A stretch of DNA of 56,723 nucleotides from Tubiluchus corallicola (GCA_030141605.1 JAQGDQ010000860.1:30377-87099); one strand, 5' to 3'; shown: positions 1 through 12,540, counted from the first letter of the stretch. Numbers and translations: made by a program. Notes: a model not told the origin generated them from the letters alone.

Positions 1-1622
1 AACAGCTTATAATCCTCACATCCAAAACAGCTTATAATCCTCACATCCAAAATAGTTTATAATCCTCTCATCCAAAACAGTTTATAATCCTCACATCCAA
101 AACAGTTAATCCTCACATCCAAAACAGTTTATAATCCTCACGTCCAAAACAGCTTATAATCCTCACATCCAAAACAGCTTATAATCCTCACATCCAAAAT
201 AGTTTATAATCCTCTCATCCAAAACAGTTTATAATCCTCACATCCAAAACAGTTAATCCTCACATCCAAAACAGTTTATAATCCTCACGTCCAAAACAGT
301 TTATAATCCTCTCATCCAAAACAGTTTATAATCCTCTCATCCAAAACAGTTTATAATCCTGACATTCAAAACAGTTTGTAATCCTCACATCCAAAACAGT
401 TTATAATCCTCACATACAATACAGTTTATAATCCTCACATACAAAACAGTTTATAATCCTCACATCCAAAACAGTTTATAATCCTCACATCCAAAACAGT
501 TTATAATCCTCACATACAATACAGTTTATAATCCTCACATCCAAAACAGTTTATAATCCTCTCATCCAAAACAGTTTATAATCCTCACATCCAAAACAGT
601 TTATAATCCTCACATCCAAAACAGTTTGTAATCCTCTCATCCAAAACAGTTTATAATCCTCACATCCAAAACAGTTAATCCTCACATCCAAAACAGTTTA
701 TAATCCTCACGTCCAAAACAGCTTATAATCCTCACATCCAAAACAGCTTATAATCCTCACATCCAAAATAGTTTATAATCCTCTCATCCAAAACAGTTTA
801 TAATCCTCACATCCAAAACAGTTAATCCTCACATCCAAAACAGTTTATAATCCTCACGTCCAAAACAGCTTATAATCCTCACATCCAAAACAGCTTATAA
901 TCCTCACATCCAAAATAGTTTATAATCCTCTCATCCAAAACAGTTTATAATCCTCACATCCAAAACAGTTAATCCTCACATCCAAAACAGTTTATAATCC
1001 TCACGTCCAAAACAGTTTATAATCCTCTCATCCAAAACAGTTTATAATCCTCTCATCCAAAACAGTTTATAATCCTGACATTCAAAACAGTTTGTAATCC
1101 TCACATCCAAAACAGTTTATAATCCTCACATACAATACAGTTTATAATCCTCACATACAAAACAGTTTGTAATCCTCACATCCAAAACAGTTTATAATCC
1201 TCACATCCAAAACAGTTTATAATCCTCACATACAATACAGTTTATAATCCTCACATCCAAAACAGTTTATAATCCTCTCATCCAAAACAGTTTATAATCC
1301 TCACATCCAAAACAGTTTATAATCCTCACATACAATACAGTTTATAATCCTCACATCCAAAACAGTTTATAATCCTCTCATCCAAAACAGTTTATAATCC
1401 TCACATCCAAAACAGTTTATAATCCTCACATCCAAAACAGTTTGTAATCCTCACATACAATACAGTTTATAATCCTCACATCCAAAACAGCTAATCCTTA
1501 CATCCAAAACAGTTAATCCTTACATCCAAAACAGTTAATCCTTGCATCCATGACAGTTAATCCTTACATCCAAAACAGTTAATCCTTACATCCAAAACAG
1601 TTAATCTTAACATCTAAACAGT
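1..1622. repeat. 25-bp minisatellite (AACAGTTTATAATCCTCACATCCAA, with 22-bp variants), intronic in protease gene A
   Basis: Tandem units are directly visible. Higher-order periods are 147 bp (pos 1 vs 148) and 717 bp (variant GACATTC at 361 and 1078). The array ends about 30 bp before the acceptor at 1652. Confidence 0.95.
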
Positions 1623-1652
1623 TAGTTAACGCTAACACTGTTATATTCTTAG

Positions 1653-4600
1653 ACATGCAAAGTGTACACAAAGTCAGTTTACAAAAGGCATCATTGCAAG
1701 TTCTTTCCTTTATGGACTGTGTTTCCCAGGATGCTTATGCTAGTGGGAGTACCAAAAACATGTCAGTCTGCATGTACAAGAACCTTGTCTCTGTTTGTAT
1801 AGTAAGTATTTCAATCATGCCATTGTTTTAAATGATGAATTCTTAATAACTTATTTAGGCAGTTTTGCTGCTTAATTTATTGTGTTCAAATTGTGCAAGA
1901 GTAAGAAAATTTTCTTATAATATGTCACTCAGTACCAAGCAAACTGGTGAGCTACCAGCGCAGGTCAGCGCCTCTGTGTTTAGACTTTATGCTGGGCTTC
2001 TTAAGTTACATTTGCATGATAATTCTGATGAACCTGTGCGATTGCGATACTCGACTCTCTCCACCTATCAGAGGCGGGCACCTTTATAGGGTGCAAAGTC
2101 AATTCTTCTTTAACGCTGATCTTTTATTTGTCTTTTCCAAGTTTAATGTCTTTATTTGTCTTTATCCTGTATTCCATGCATTCGTTCACTAGATTTCTTA
2201 TTTCTGGCAATCCTTCCTTTTCACTGTTCATTAATACATCTGAGTTCAAAATTTTTTCCATTCTCCATATCTATAACATCTAAGCGTATGTTCAGTAGTG
2301 TCATCATCTTCCTCACACACTGGGCATAATAACTGATCCTTAAACTCATTCTTGTAGTTCATTGGGATTGAGATACATGTGATTGAGGCCTCCTGTTGAG
2401 CAAATTGTGTTGTATTTTTGCATGGTGATTCTGTAAGGTACGACTCAGCAGGCGTCCTCAACAGCAGGCTCATCAGAATTACCATGCAAATATAGCTCAA
2501 ATAGCCCAACTGAAGGTTTAAACACAGGTGTGCTCTCCTCCACTTAATGACCTGCACTTAAATGTCTTACAGAATCAACTGTTTGTATTGTGTAAAAATG
2601 GCACAGTAAAAATGACACAGGAAAAAATGGCACAGTAAAAATGACAAAGGAAAAAATGGCACAGAAAAAATGGGCACAAACCGAGAAGTAGGCAAAAATG
2701 GCATGGGAATAATGCAATTGGAAAAAAATGGCACAGGTAAAAATGACAGTATTTTATTTACAGGGTGATTCCAGTGGACCCGTGTTGGACCATACAGGTT
2801 AAGTAATGACAGCATTTTATTTACAGGGTGATTCCAGTGGACCCGTGTTGGACCACACAGGTTAAGTAATGACAGCATTTTATTTACAGGGTGATTCCAG
2901 TGGACCAGTGTTGGACCACACAGGTTAAGTAATGACAGCATTTTATTTACAGGGTGATTCCAGTGGACCCGTGTTGGACCACACAGGTTAAGTAATGACA
3001 GCATTTTATTTACAAGGTGATTCTGGCGGACCCGTGTTGGACCACACAGGTTAAGTAATGACAGCATTTTATTTACAGGGCGATTCTGGTGGACCCGTGT
3101 TGGACCACACAGGTTAAGTAATGACAGCATTTTATTTACAGGGCGATTCTGGTGGACCCGTGTTGGACCACACAGGTTAAGTAATGACAGCATTTTATTT
3201 ACAGGGTGATTCCAGTGGACCCGTGTTGGACCATACAGGTTAGGTAATGACAGCATTTTATTTACAGGATGATTCCAGTGGACCCGTGTTGGACCATACA
3301 GGTTAAGTAATGTCAGCATTTTATTTACAGGGTGATTCTGGTGGACCCGTGTTGGACTCTACAGGTGAACTAATGACAGCATTTTATTTACAGGGTAATT
3401 CTGGTGGACCCGTATTGGACTCTACAGGTTAAGTAATGACAGCATTTTATTTACAGGGTGATTCTGATGGACCCGTGTTGGACCACACAGGTTAAGTAAT
3501 GACAGCATTTTATTTACAGAGTGATTCCAGTGGACCCGTGTTGGACCACACAGGTTAAGTAATGACAGCATTTTATTTACATGGTGATTCTGGTGGACCC
3601 GTGTTGGCCCATACAGGTTAAGAAATGACAGCATTTTATTTACAGGGTGATTCTGGTGGACCCGTGTTGGACCACACAGGTTAAGTAATGACAGCATTTT
3701 ATTTACAGGGTGATTCCAGTGGACCCGTGTTGGACCATACAGGTTAAGTAATGACAGCATTTTATTTACAGGGTGATTCCAGTGGACCCGTGTTGGACCA
3801 CACAGGTTAAGTAATGACAGCATTTTATTTACAGGGTGATTCCAGTGGACCAGTGTTGGACCACACAGGTTAAGTAATGACAGCATTTTATTTACAGGGT
3901 GATTCCAGTGGACCCGTGTTGGACCACACAGGTTAAGTAATGACAGCATTTTATTTACAAGGTGATTCTGGCGGACCCGTGTTGGACCACACAGGTTAAG
4001 TAATGACAGCATTTTATTTACAGGGCGATTCTGGTGGACCCGTGTTGGACCACACAGGTTAAGTAATGACAGCATTTTATTTACAGGGCGATTCTGGTGG
4101 ACCCGTGTTGGACCACACAGGTTAAGTAATGACAGCATTTTATTTACAGGGTGATTCCAGTGGACCCGTGTTGGACCATACAGGTTAGGTAATGACAGCA
4201 TTTTATTTACAGGATGATTCCAGTGGACCCGTGTTGGACCATACAGGTTAAGTAATGTCAGCATTTTATTTACAGGGTGATTCCAGTGGACCCGTGTTGG
4301 ACCACACAGGTTAAGTAATGACAGCATTTTATTTACAGGGTGATTCCAGTGGACCCGTGTTGGACCACACAGGTTAAGTAATGACAGCATTTTATTTACA
4401 GGGTGATTCTGATGGACCCGTGTTGGACCACACAGGTTAAGTAATGACAGCATTTTATTTACAGGGTGATTCTGGTGGACCCGTGTTGGACTCTACAGGT
4501 GAACTAATGACAGCATTTTATTTACAGGGTAATTCTGGTGGACCCGTATTGGACTCTACAGGTTAAGTAATGACAGCATTTTATTTACAGGGTGATTCTG

Positions 4601-5625
4601 ATGGACCCGTGTTGGACCACACAGGTTAAGTAATGACAGCATTTTATTTACAGAGTGATTCCAGTGGACCCGTGTTGGACCACACAGGTTAAGTAATGAC
4701 AGCATTTTATTTACATGGTGATTCTGGTGGACCCGTGTTGGCCCATACAGGTTAAGAAATGACAGCATTTTATTTACAGGGTGATTCTGGTGGACCCGTG
4801 TTGGACCACACAGGTTAAGTAATGACAGCATTTTATTTACAGGGTGATTCTGGTGGACCCATATTGGACTCTACAGGTTAAGTAATGACAGCATTTTATT
4901 TACAGGGTGATTCTGGTGGACCCGTGTTGGACCACACAGGTTAAGTAATGACAGCATTTTATTTACAGGGTGATTCTGGTGGACCCGTGTTGGCCCATAC
5001 AGGTTAAGAAATGACAGCATTTTATTTACAGGGTGATTCCAGTGGACCCGTGTTGGACTCTACAGGTTAAGTAATGACAGCATTTTATTTACAGGGCGAT
5101 TCTGGTGGACCCGTGTTGGACCACACAGGTTAAGTAATGACAGCATTTTATTTACAGGGTGATTCTGGTGGACCCGTGTTGGACTCCACAGGTGAACTAA
5201 TGACAGCATTTTATTTACAGGGTGATTCTGGTGGACCCGTGTTGGACTCTACAGGTGAACTAATGACAGCATTTTATCTACAGGGGGATTCTGGTGGACC
5301 CGTATTGGACTCTACAGGTTAAGTAATGACAGCGTTTTATTTACAGGGTGATTCTGGTGGACCCGTGTTGGACTCTACAGGTGAACAAATTGGAATAATC
5401 TCAATGGCGGGTATAGACTGTGCAAGCGTGAGCTTAGCTACAAGAGTTCCATTTTACTTGGATTGGATTGAAGATGAAGAGGCACATGGAGAAAGAGTAA
5501 TCAATCATTACAAACCTTTCAATCCATCTTCGCAAGGAGGAGCCACAGTTTACGATTTTTCGTTAAAAAATTATGCCACACTATTTACAATGCTGTTGTG
5601 TGGAGGACAGATCTTGACAATGTGA
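1653..5625 (+). CDS. Serine protease gene A (S1 family, chymotrypsin-like, 5'-partial): exons 1653-1801 and 5347-5625
   Basis: TTCTTAG|exon (..SLQKASLQVLSFMDC..MSVCMYKNLVSVCI)|GTAAGT joins in phase 0 to TTTATTTACAG|GDSGGPVLDSTGEQIGIISMAGIDCASVSLATRVPFYLDWI.. This ends in a hydrophobic tail and TGA, with AATAAA at ~5706. Intron phases match genes B and C. Confidence 0.9.
2250..2380 (-). mobile_element. Non-LTR retrotransposon 3' fragment
   Basis: Translation PMNYKNEFKDQLLCPVCEEDDDTTEHTLRC resembles the C-terminal CCHC region of LINE ORF2. Confidence 0.55.
2593..2745. repeat. Short degenerate array of AAAAATGGCACAG, probably a transposon-derived subterminal repeat
   Basis: The motif recurs about 8 times. 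A loosely similar array (AAA-TTGGTAC-AG) lies at ~39145-39400. Confidence 0.55.
2742..5385 (+). repeat. 63-bp tandem array (42 units) made of gene A's splice acceptor plus the first ~12 codons of its catalytic-Ser exon
   Basis: Unit GTAATGACAGCATTTTATTTACAG|GGTGATTC(T/C)(G/A)GTGGACCCGTGTTGGACCACACAGGTTAA. The first acceptor AG ends at 2763 and the last at 5346, a difference of 2583 = 41 x 63. Confidence 0.97.
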
Positions 5626-5804
5626 ATTATAGTGGAAACGAAAAATAATTATTGGACAGCCCTGAATACAAAGATCAAAATGAAATGTAAAAATAGTGAA
5701 ATAATAATAAAATGTTTAAGTTATCTAAAATGTAACACTATTTTATCTACTTGTTGTAACAAAATTAATCCAAAGGCTCTCACTCTTGTCTTGCCTCACG
5801 TGAA

Positions 5805-6497
5805 AGCCTGAATTCATCTTTCACCAGCTGGGCCCAAGCCTGGTTTCATCTTTCACCAGCCGGGCCCAAGCTTGAATTCATGTCTCAACAGCAGGGCCCA
5901 AGCCTGAATTCATCTTTCATCAGCCGTGCACAAGCCTGAATTCGTCTTTCATCAGCCGTGCACAAGCCTGAATTCGTCTTTCATCAGCCGTGCACAAGCC
6001 TGAATTCGTCTTTCATCAGCCGGGCCCAAGCCTGAATTCATCTTTCATCAGCCGTGCACAAGCCTGAATTCATCTTTCATCGGCTGTGCACAAGCCTGAA
6101 TTCATCTTTCATCAGCCGTGCATAAGCCTGAATTCGTCTTTCACCAGCCGTGCATAAGCCTGAATTCATCTTTCACCAGCCGGGTCCTAGCCTGAATTCA
6201 TCTTTCACCAGCCGTGCACAAGCCTGAATTCGTCTTTCATCAGCCGGGCTCAAGCCTGAATTCGTCTTTCAGCTGCTGGGCCAAAGTCTGAATTTATCTT
6301 TCACCAGCCGGGCTTAAGCTTGGATTCATCTTTCACCAGCCGGGCCCAAGCCTGGATTCATCTTTCACCAGCCGGGCCCAAGCCTGGATTCATCTTTCAC
6401 CATCTGGGCTTAAGCTTGGATTCATTTTTCACCAGCCAGGCTTAAGCTTGGATTCATCTTTCACCAGTCGGGCTTAAGCTTGGATTCATCTTTCAAC
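5805..6497. repeat. 32-bp minisatellite (AGCCTGAATTCATCTTTCATCAGCCGTGCACA), about 21 copies
   Basis: Period 32 (e.g. 5901, 5933). It lies immediately 3' of gene A. Confidence 0.93.
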
Positions 6498-8466
6498 AGT
6501 ATGGGCTCATCCAAGCGGATGTTCATGGTGACACTGTATGTGAACAGTTACCAAGACTATGTACTTCTAAAGTGAATCACTGAATCCACTGACGTCAAGC
6601 ATAACCTCAGTCATTCTCGTTGACTGCCCAATCAGCGTGCAAGATCTTTCACATCCCTACAAATTAACGCCGCGACTTTCCGGGACATTTAGCTGCGTTT
6701 TGACCACCATTATCGGAGGAAACATTGACCTGGTACCAGATTTTCTTATTGTCGACTGAAATTACAAGTGAATTAGTGTCAATACATAGTGTGGTTTCCT
6801 TTATTATAGGAACAAATACATAGAGCTCACGTCTCTAGGTGGCTGATTAAACCATTTTGCTACAGTAAAATAGTTTAGTTTAGCTTTGACTTTGCAAGTT
6901 GGGTCAATTATCAAAAACGACAAATTAACCTAACGAGGTTAGACTGGTCGTATTACGTTGCCTTTCAGTTCTTAAACTTCAAACGGTCTACCCGAACAGA
7001 ACTGAGAAGAAATTGATAACAACAGATAATGAAGCCCGCGTTTAGCAAGTATGAATGATTCAAGGTTAAACCTGCATGTAAAAATGGTTGCCTATGCACC
7101 TCTAAGCAAGTTTGCGCAGGTTGTAAGAAATAAGCTAGTCGGTCTTGGTCAACAATAGTCGAGATCTACCCCGGGAGTTGATGGGACGCATCCATGGGAG
7201 TCCGTGACAACTGGAATGATTATGAATAAGCAAGCGTATTCATAGAAACCCCCAAAATTAGGCTAAATGTCTTTAGAAATTTTTAAGCAAAACGTATTCA
7301 TTTCTGGCAAGTTTTTATAAACGTCAATGAGATCTTCACGGTTGAAATTAATTCAAATATTGTCGAAACTTACATTATATACAAACGTAATATTTATTAA
7401 TTTTACGCTGTTTTTCTAGTTATACTTACGGTTAAAAGATGCCATTGGTAAGACTACATCGCAGGCACGATAAATAATTATGTTCGTATGTTGAGAGGCA
7501 CATACTTTTTGCTCATTTATCATAAATCAAGGTTAAGTGGCTTCATTTCTTTACAATTATACTTATGTCTCTGCATTTTGTAGTACTTTGAAACTTGTGT
7601 TTAAATAGGCTATACATTGTGTTTAAATAGAAGACTCATTTTTGGCTGCTTGAAGGGTTAATTTCCTGCAAAAATAGCTGCAAAATCGTATGAAAAAGCG
7701 CAATCAGTTTATCTGCTGATTAGTTGTCTGCTGTCGTTTTCAAAAGACAGCTGTTCTCTTGTTCCGAATGATTCTAGGCGTGCTTACGTCACAGCGGAGG
7801 CGGAGTGCTAGACTTATATGCTTGATGTCAACAAGGTCGTCTTAGCTACACTTACACGTGAGTAGGGTTATTTCGCAATGTGATAAACAGCCTGAATCAG
7901 TACGACTAACAAAACCACTCAGAGCAACAACCGACAAGGGGTCACCCATTCGTTAAATACAATGCAAGGCAGACCAAACATCTTGTTCCTCTGTATCATT
8001 TGGTCATTTTGACAGGTTTCCATGTACCTTTAAAAATTTACAGTTTAATTGCACTGCTACATTGTACTATAAGATCGCGACCTCACTAACAAAGGGATAT
8101 TATACTCCATGACGCAGTCTTATATTTAAAGACCCTTCCACTTTCCTTCTTATTGCCTTGTGTTAAGCAACACTGCCATTTGTGACTAGGAAATGGTCCC
8201 TAAGCAGCAGTTACTGATTGAAATCATGGCTTTTAGTGAAGCAGAGCAGTTACCATCGTGGCGCTGAAAACGATCACAAATTTTTGCCTAAACAGCAGAT
8301 ATTTTTCATATCATTTATTAACAATTTACAATCCATACAGTTACAATTGCAATTATTAGTTACAAAACATTACATAAACAATGCAATACATTGCAATGAA
8401 GAAAAAACTACGTAGGCAAAACCCCTCACATGGGCTATAATCGTCATCAAAATACACAATAAAATG

Positions 8467-8497
8467 CAATAATAATAATAGTAATAATAATAATAAC

Positions 8498-8547
<50 letters not shown>

Positions 8548-8597
8548 CAACAACAATAACAATAACAAGAATAACAACAACAACAACAACAACAAAC
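8467..8597. repeat. (AAT)n/(AAC)n microsatellite
   Basis: Directly visible. Confidence 0.95.
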
Positions 8598-10067
8598 AGT
8601 ATTTACAGTGGTTAAATATTACAATTATATTATGTTACGTTAAGTTTATTACAAAGTTTATTTACACATTTTAACAATAGATGGCGAGTGTCGTCATTGT
8701 CCTTGAAAGTGCAATCAGGATCGAGTTATCAAACTTGGGAAACTTGCCAGAATTCAGTACTTTTTGGGAAAAAAGTGAAATTATAGTTTTGATACTTTAA
8801 TACTTGCAATATATTAAAATTTTAACTTTAACCATAAGCATGGATGTCTAACTACACATTTTTAAAAAAAGCCCCCTTATGTAAGATGCATAAAGCCGTT
8901 TACTGAGATAAGTTTTTACTCTTAACGGGAAATAATTATTTAAGAGTAATTAAGGCTTTTATTAAATATATTGAAAAAGCGTTTTAAGACATGATGAACA
9001 ATATACCATGTTATGATCATATCACTAAAATGAATCCTAATGAATGACAAATTATTTTTAATACTAATCATTAAAGTTTTCATTTAAGTAACTAATATAA
9101 GATTGACATCAAATGGATAACCCACTGTACCCATCAAAGGATTGGTAAGACTTGGTTTCAAGTCACTTCTGTATTGTATACGGTATTTTCAGTGTAGTGC
9201 ATGTATTAAAATTTCTCATAGTTTTTACACAGGAGGGCACACAAATATTCAGAGGGGGGGGTGGTGGCACAAAATTCAAAACCGATCACACTAGTTGCCT
9301 CATGGCATTGCTTTCGCTAAACTCCCGTTCTTTTCACAGGACTATGAAAAGTTTAGATTGGTTTACACAGCTAGATGGCAGCACGAGCCATATTCATTCC
9401 AACAGTTTTGATGGCAGTCCATATTTAAATTCTTGCTGGTTTTTGCATCCAGATGGCAGCACCGACTTTAAAATCTGCCTGAAAGTGTAGACGACAATCC
9501 ATGCTTGAAGTTGTTGTCATTTTTCTTCAACACCAAATGTGAAATCCTTACATAGTTGAAAGATAGAAAACCTCTTTTGGCCACAGCCTGAAAAGAGAAA
9601 ATGAACAATGCCAGTATATGCATAAAAAAACTTGTGGTTAAATCATATAAATGTTGCAGACGATATTAAGTCTTTCTTTAATTCAACCATTTCAAACTCA
9701 TATTGAGCGTTTCTGCAGATTAACCAATAGTGCGGCTCGAAAAACTTTTTCGTCAATCAATTGGAATCATCAGAGGGATTTTCGAGACTTGACCAAACTA
9801 GGAAAATGCCTAGTTTTAATTTTTTTTTGAGTAATGGGAACACCTTGTAGGTGTTACTCCTTTTGTAAACATAATAATACGGTAAAGAACTTCAGTATCT
9901 GTTGGGATTATATAGGCTTTTAATTGGTATTTATTTTCTACACTTGACTCACAATATTCGTTTGTATGTGGATTTTGCCTCTAGTAAACGTTAAAATGTT
10001 TTGTTTATTTGTTTGTAATGTAATGTGATTAATAGTGGTTTAATAAACAAACGTTCATATTTAGCCA

Positions 10068-10945
10068 TTCATCTATCTAGAAACCGGCGCTAATGGGATT
10101 CCATTTGCTGACGATGTAATTGGGTTAAGGAAAAAAAAGGGGAAATGAAGTTTCCAGAATGTTTGCTATTCTGATGACTGCAATTGCCAGATGATACATT
10201 GTGGAGACAGAGCATCGTATTGCAGATCATATCCTGCCTCTTTATCCTGAGATTACCATGTCAGACAACGAGCTTCAGCTAAAGACTAAAAAGCAGAAGC
10301 TAATGAAAATGATGACTGGGAAAGATTCAGTAATCTTGACTTATATCATCTGTGACATAGACAGCTGGTGTAATTAGATAAGACGTGAGTCCACCCATCC
10401 GTTGCTCCAGACGATAGACCACCTATTTGGATTTCAAAATTTGTTTACAAGAGCCCATGAGTTCTTTGCTAACTTTGTCAAGTATCTCATAGATGGAAAT
10501 TATGATGTGCTTGATAAGAGGGGCCATGATTTTGACCCAGAAACCACTTTTAAGAAATTTAGAGGAGGATTTGAGGGACTTAAGCAGAAACCTTGGACTG
10601 TCCATACTGTCAATCTAATCAAGCAGGCAGTTAAGCAAACAGGGATTAAATTTTATATCCTCGATCAAGGTGACAATCAAGACCTTGTGCTCATCCATCA
10701 AGTCAGAGATAAAGAAGAAGACGGATCAATTCCTCCAGAGGAATGGAAAAGAGTTACAGAAGCAACTGAACTATTCCTCAAGTTAATTAAGAGAAAATTT
10801 GGAGAAGTAGGTTTGACTTTAAAGTTAGAAGAAACATTGGTTTCAGGAAAATTCTTAAACTATGGGAAAGACCTTTATTACAACGGACGGCAACTGTCCT
10901 TGAGTTTAAAGAGAGTTTGTAAAGGAGGAATTTTCCCATTTCACT
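10068..10945 (+). pseudogene. Endogenous viral element: RdRp core of a Mononegavirales/Jingchuvirales-like L protein, decayed
   Basis: Ordered L-protein motifs: NGIPFADDVIGLRKK, (frameshift ~10131-10152) SRMFAILM, ETEHRIADHILPLYPEITMSDNE, motif A CDIDSWCN, motif B GGFEGLKQKPWT, motif C QGDNQ, motif D GLTLKLEET..YGKDLYYNG..SLKR. In-frame stops at 10192-10194 (TGA) and 10375-10377 (TAG). Confidence 0.93.
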
Positions 10946-12018
10946 ATTCTCTCAATTTCCAGTGTTTCAAAATGTTAAAAAAACAAATTATATGGGTAAT
11001 TTGGTCATAACACTGTCTGACAGAAATGTTCTCATAGAAAGGCAAAATTTCGTTGCTTTCATTAGAAGAAGGAAATGTGCCTTTCAGGCAGAATTAAACG
11101 ATGCTAAAATAGAAATTTATCAATACGGTGCCGATGGTAACGCTAAAATAATCAAATTGAAACTGTAAGTAATCTGATTAACTCATGAATGCACGAAACC
11201 AATACTAAACTAGTAGACTGTGTCAAAAAACTGTAGTAATATTCCGTTTCTGTGACAGGAGATTCTTTAAATGACTGCTTTTCACTGGGATGTGTGCAAG
11301 CCTGATATACACCGGTGTGGAACGAACCTATCAAGTTTTTACATATTCAATTCAATTTGGCTTTATTTACACAATTACGTGCAATGTACATTGGCAAAGC
11401 AATATATTACACGTTAAATTCAACATAAACCGCAAAAATTACAGTAGGTTGTATGCAAAGTTATTTTTATAGACAAAAATTAATATTGAGATACGTTATA
11501 CTGATACAGAAATCACAGTTACATAAAAATTGTATAATTAGCAATGAAAAAGGAAAAATTTGTTAAAAGTAGTAGGTATCAGTACCAACTTTTTATATGA
11601 AAGATTATAAAAAAATAACAGAAAGAGAGTTGAAAATAATTGAGGTTAGAGTCTGCTGCCAAACTGCTGATTTCTTCTTCCCTAGAGACTGGAGTTGTTG
11701 CCAGAACTTTCTTGCATTGATGCCATAGATGTGTAAATTATAAGTTGTAATCAGAAAGGCTACAAAAGCAAATAAATGGCATGAAAAGCAAAGCCTGCAA
11801 AAAACAAAGAAACAGTATTAAAAACAATTAACAACTATACATTATGCAATGCAAAAGTATACCTAGATATTAAAAAGTCTCGATTCTTGAGTAGATCTTG
11901 TTGAACACCATCTGATTTTGCATTTTGTCACCGGAATACGTGAACAGCATCATGTCCTAAAATTGTGTTCTTGACTCAGAAAGCATACAGAACTTTATAG
12001 AATACAGTACTAAGGTAC

Positions 12019-12540
12019 TGTTTGGGCTTTCAAAACCAAATTTGAAGCTAGATTACATTTTGCTCTTCTTCCTTCTTTATTTACCAATACATATCATTCC
12101 TGTTTGGGCTTTCAAAACCAAATTTGAAGCTAGATTACATTTTGCTCTTCTTCCTTCTTTATTTACCAATACATATCATTCCATCTAAACAAAACCATAA
12201 ACAAATGACATAAAAAAGCCCTAGCCAAAAGTCAATTTTACATAATTCAGAGTTTCATACTGCACCGTTGCATTAATCAATAAATAGCTGTTATCTAATA
12301 GTAAATTTAAATTCTATAAAGTAATTTTAGTATATACGTACGTTTTTAGCCCCAAATTATAAACAATTGCAACAGATAACGACAACATTTAATCAACCCA
12401 CCATGACACGTCCTCACTCACACGCCTCTGACACCGATTAAACTGATCACGTGTCCAGGCCAAAAAATCACCACAAGGTGGCCAAAGCCAACAACAAGTG
12501 CAGGCCGCAAAGCACGCCAATGCCAGATTTCCAGTACAGG
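12019..12540 (+). mobile_element. Dispersed non-coding repeat element; inverted copy at 41669-42134; its first 82 bp are tandemly duplicated (12019-12100, 12101-12182)
   Basis: High similarity to the reverse complement of 41669-42134 (e.g. GCCAATGCCAGATTTCCAGTACAGG, TGTTTGGGCTTTCAAAACCAAATTTG). Confidence 0.8.

Noticed and set aside
2567-4831. Long minus-strand ORFs (250, 343, 91 aa) of repeated MLSLLNLCGPTRVHWNHPVNK
   Set aside because: They are antisense readings of the 63-bp (3n) array, whose unit clearly derives from the + strand protease exon junction.
5805-6497. Tandem hammerhead ribozymes (minus strand CTGATGA)
   Set aside because: Followed by AAGAYGAAT, with no stem II or GAAA core, and many units have CTGGTGA.
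10402-11010. 202-aa ORF as a functional domesticated RdRp
   Set aside because: It starts at TTG after an in-frame stop that cuts off motif A, and the upstream part has another stop and a frameshift. The C-terminus runs into non-viral sequence.
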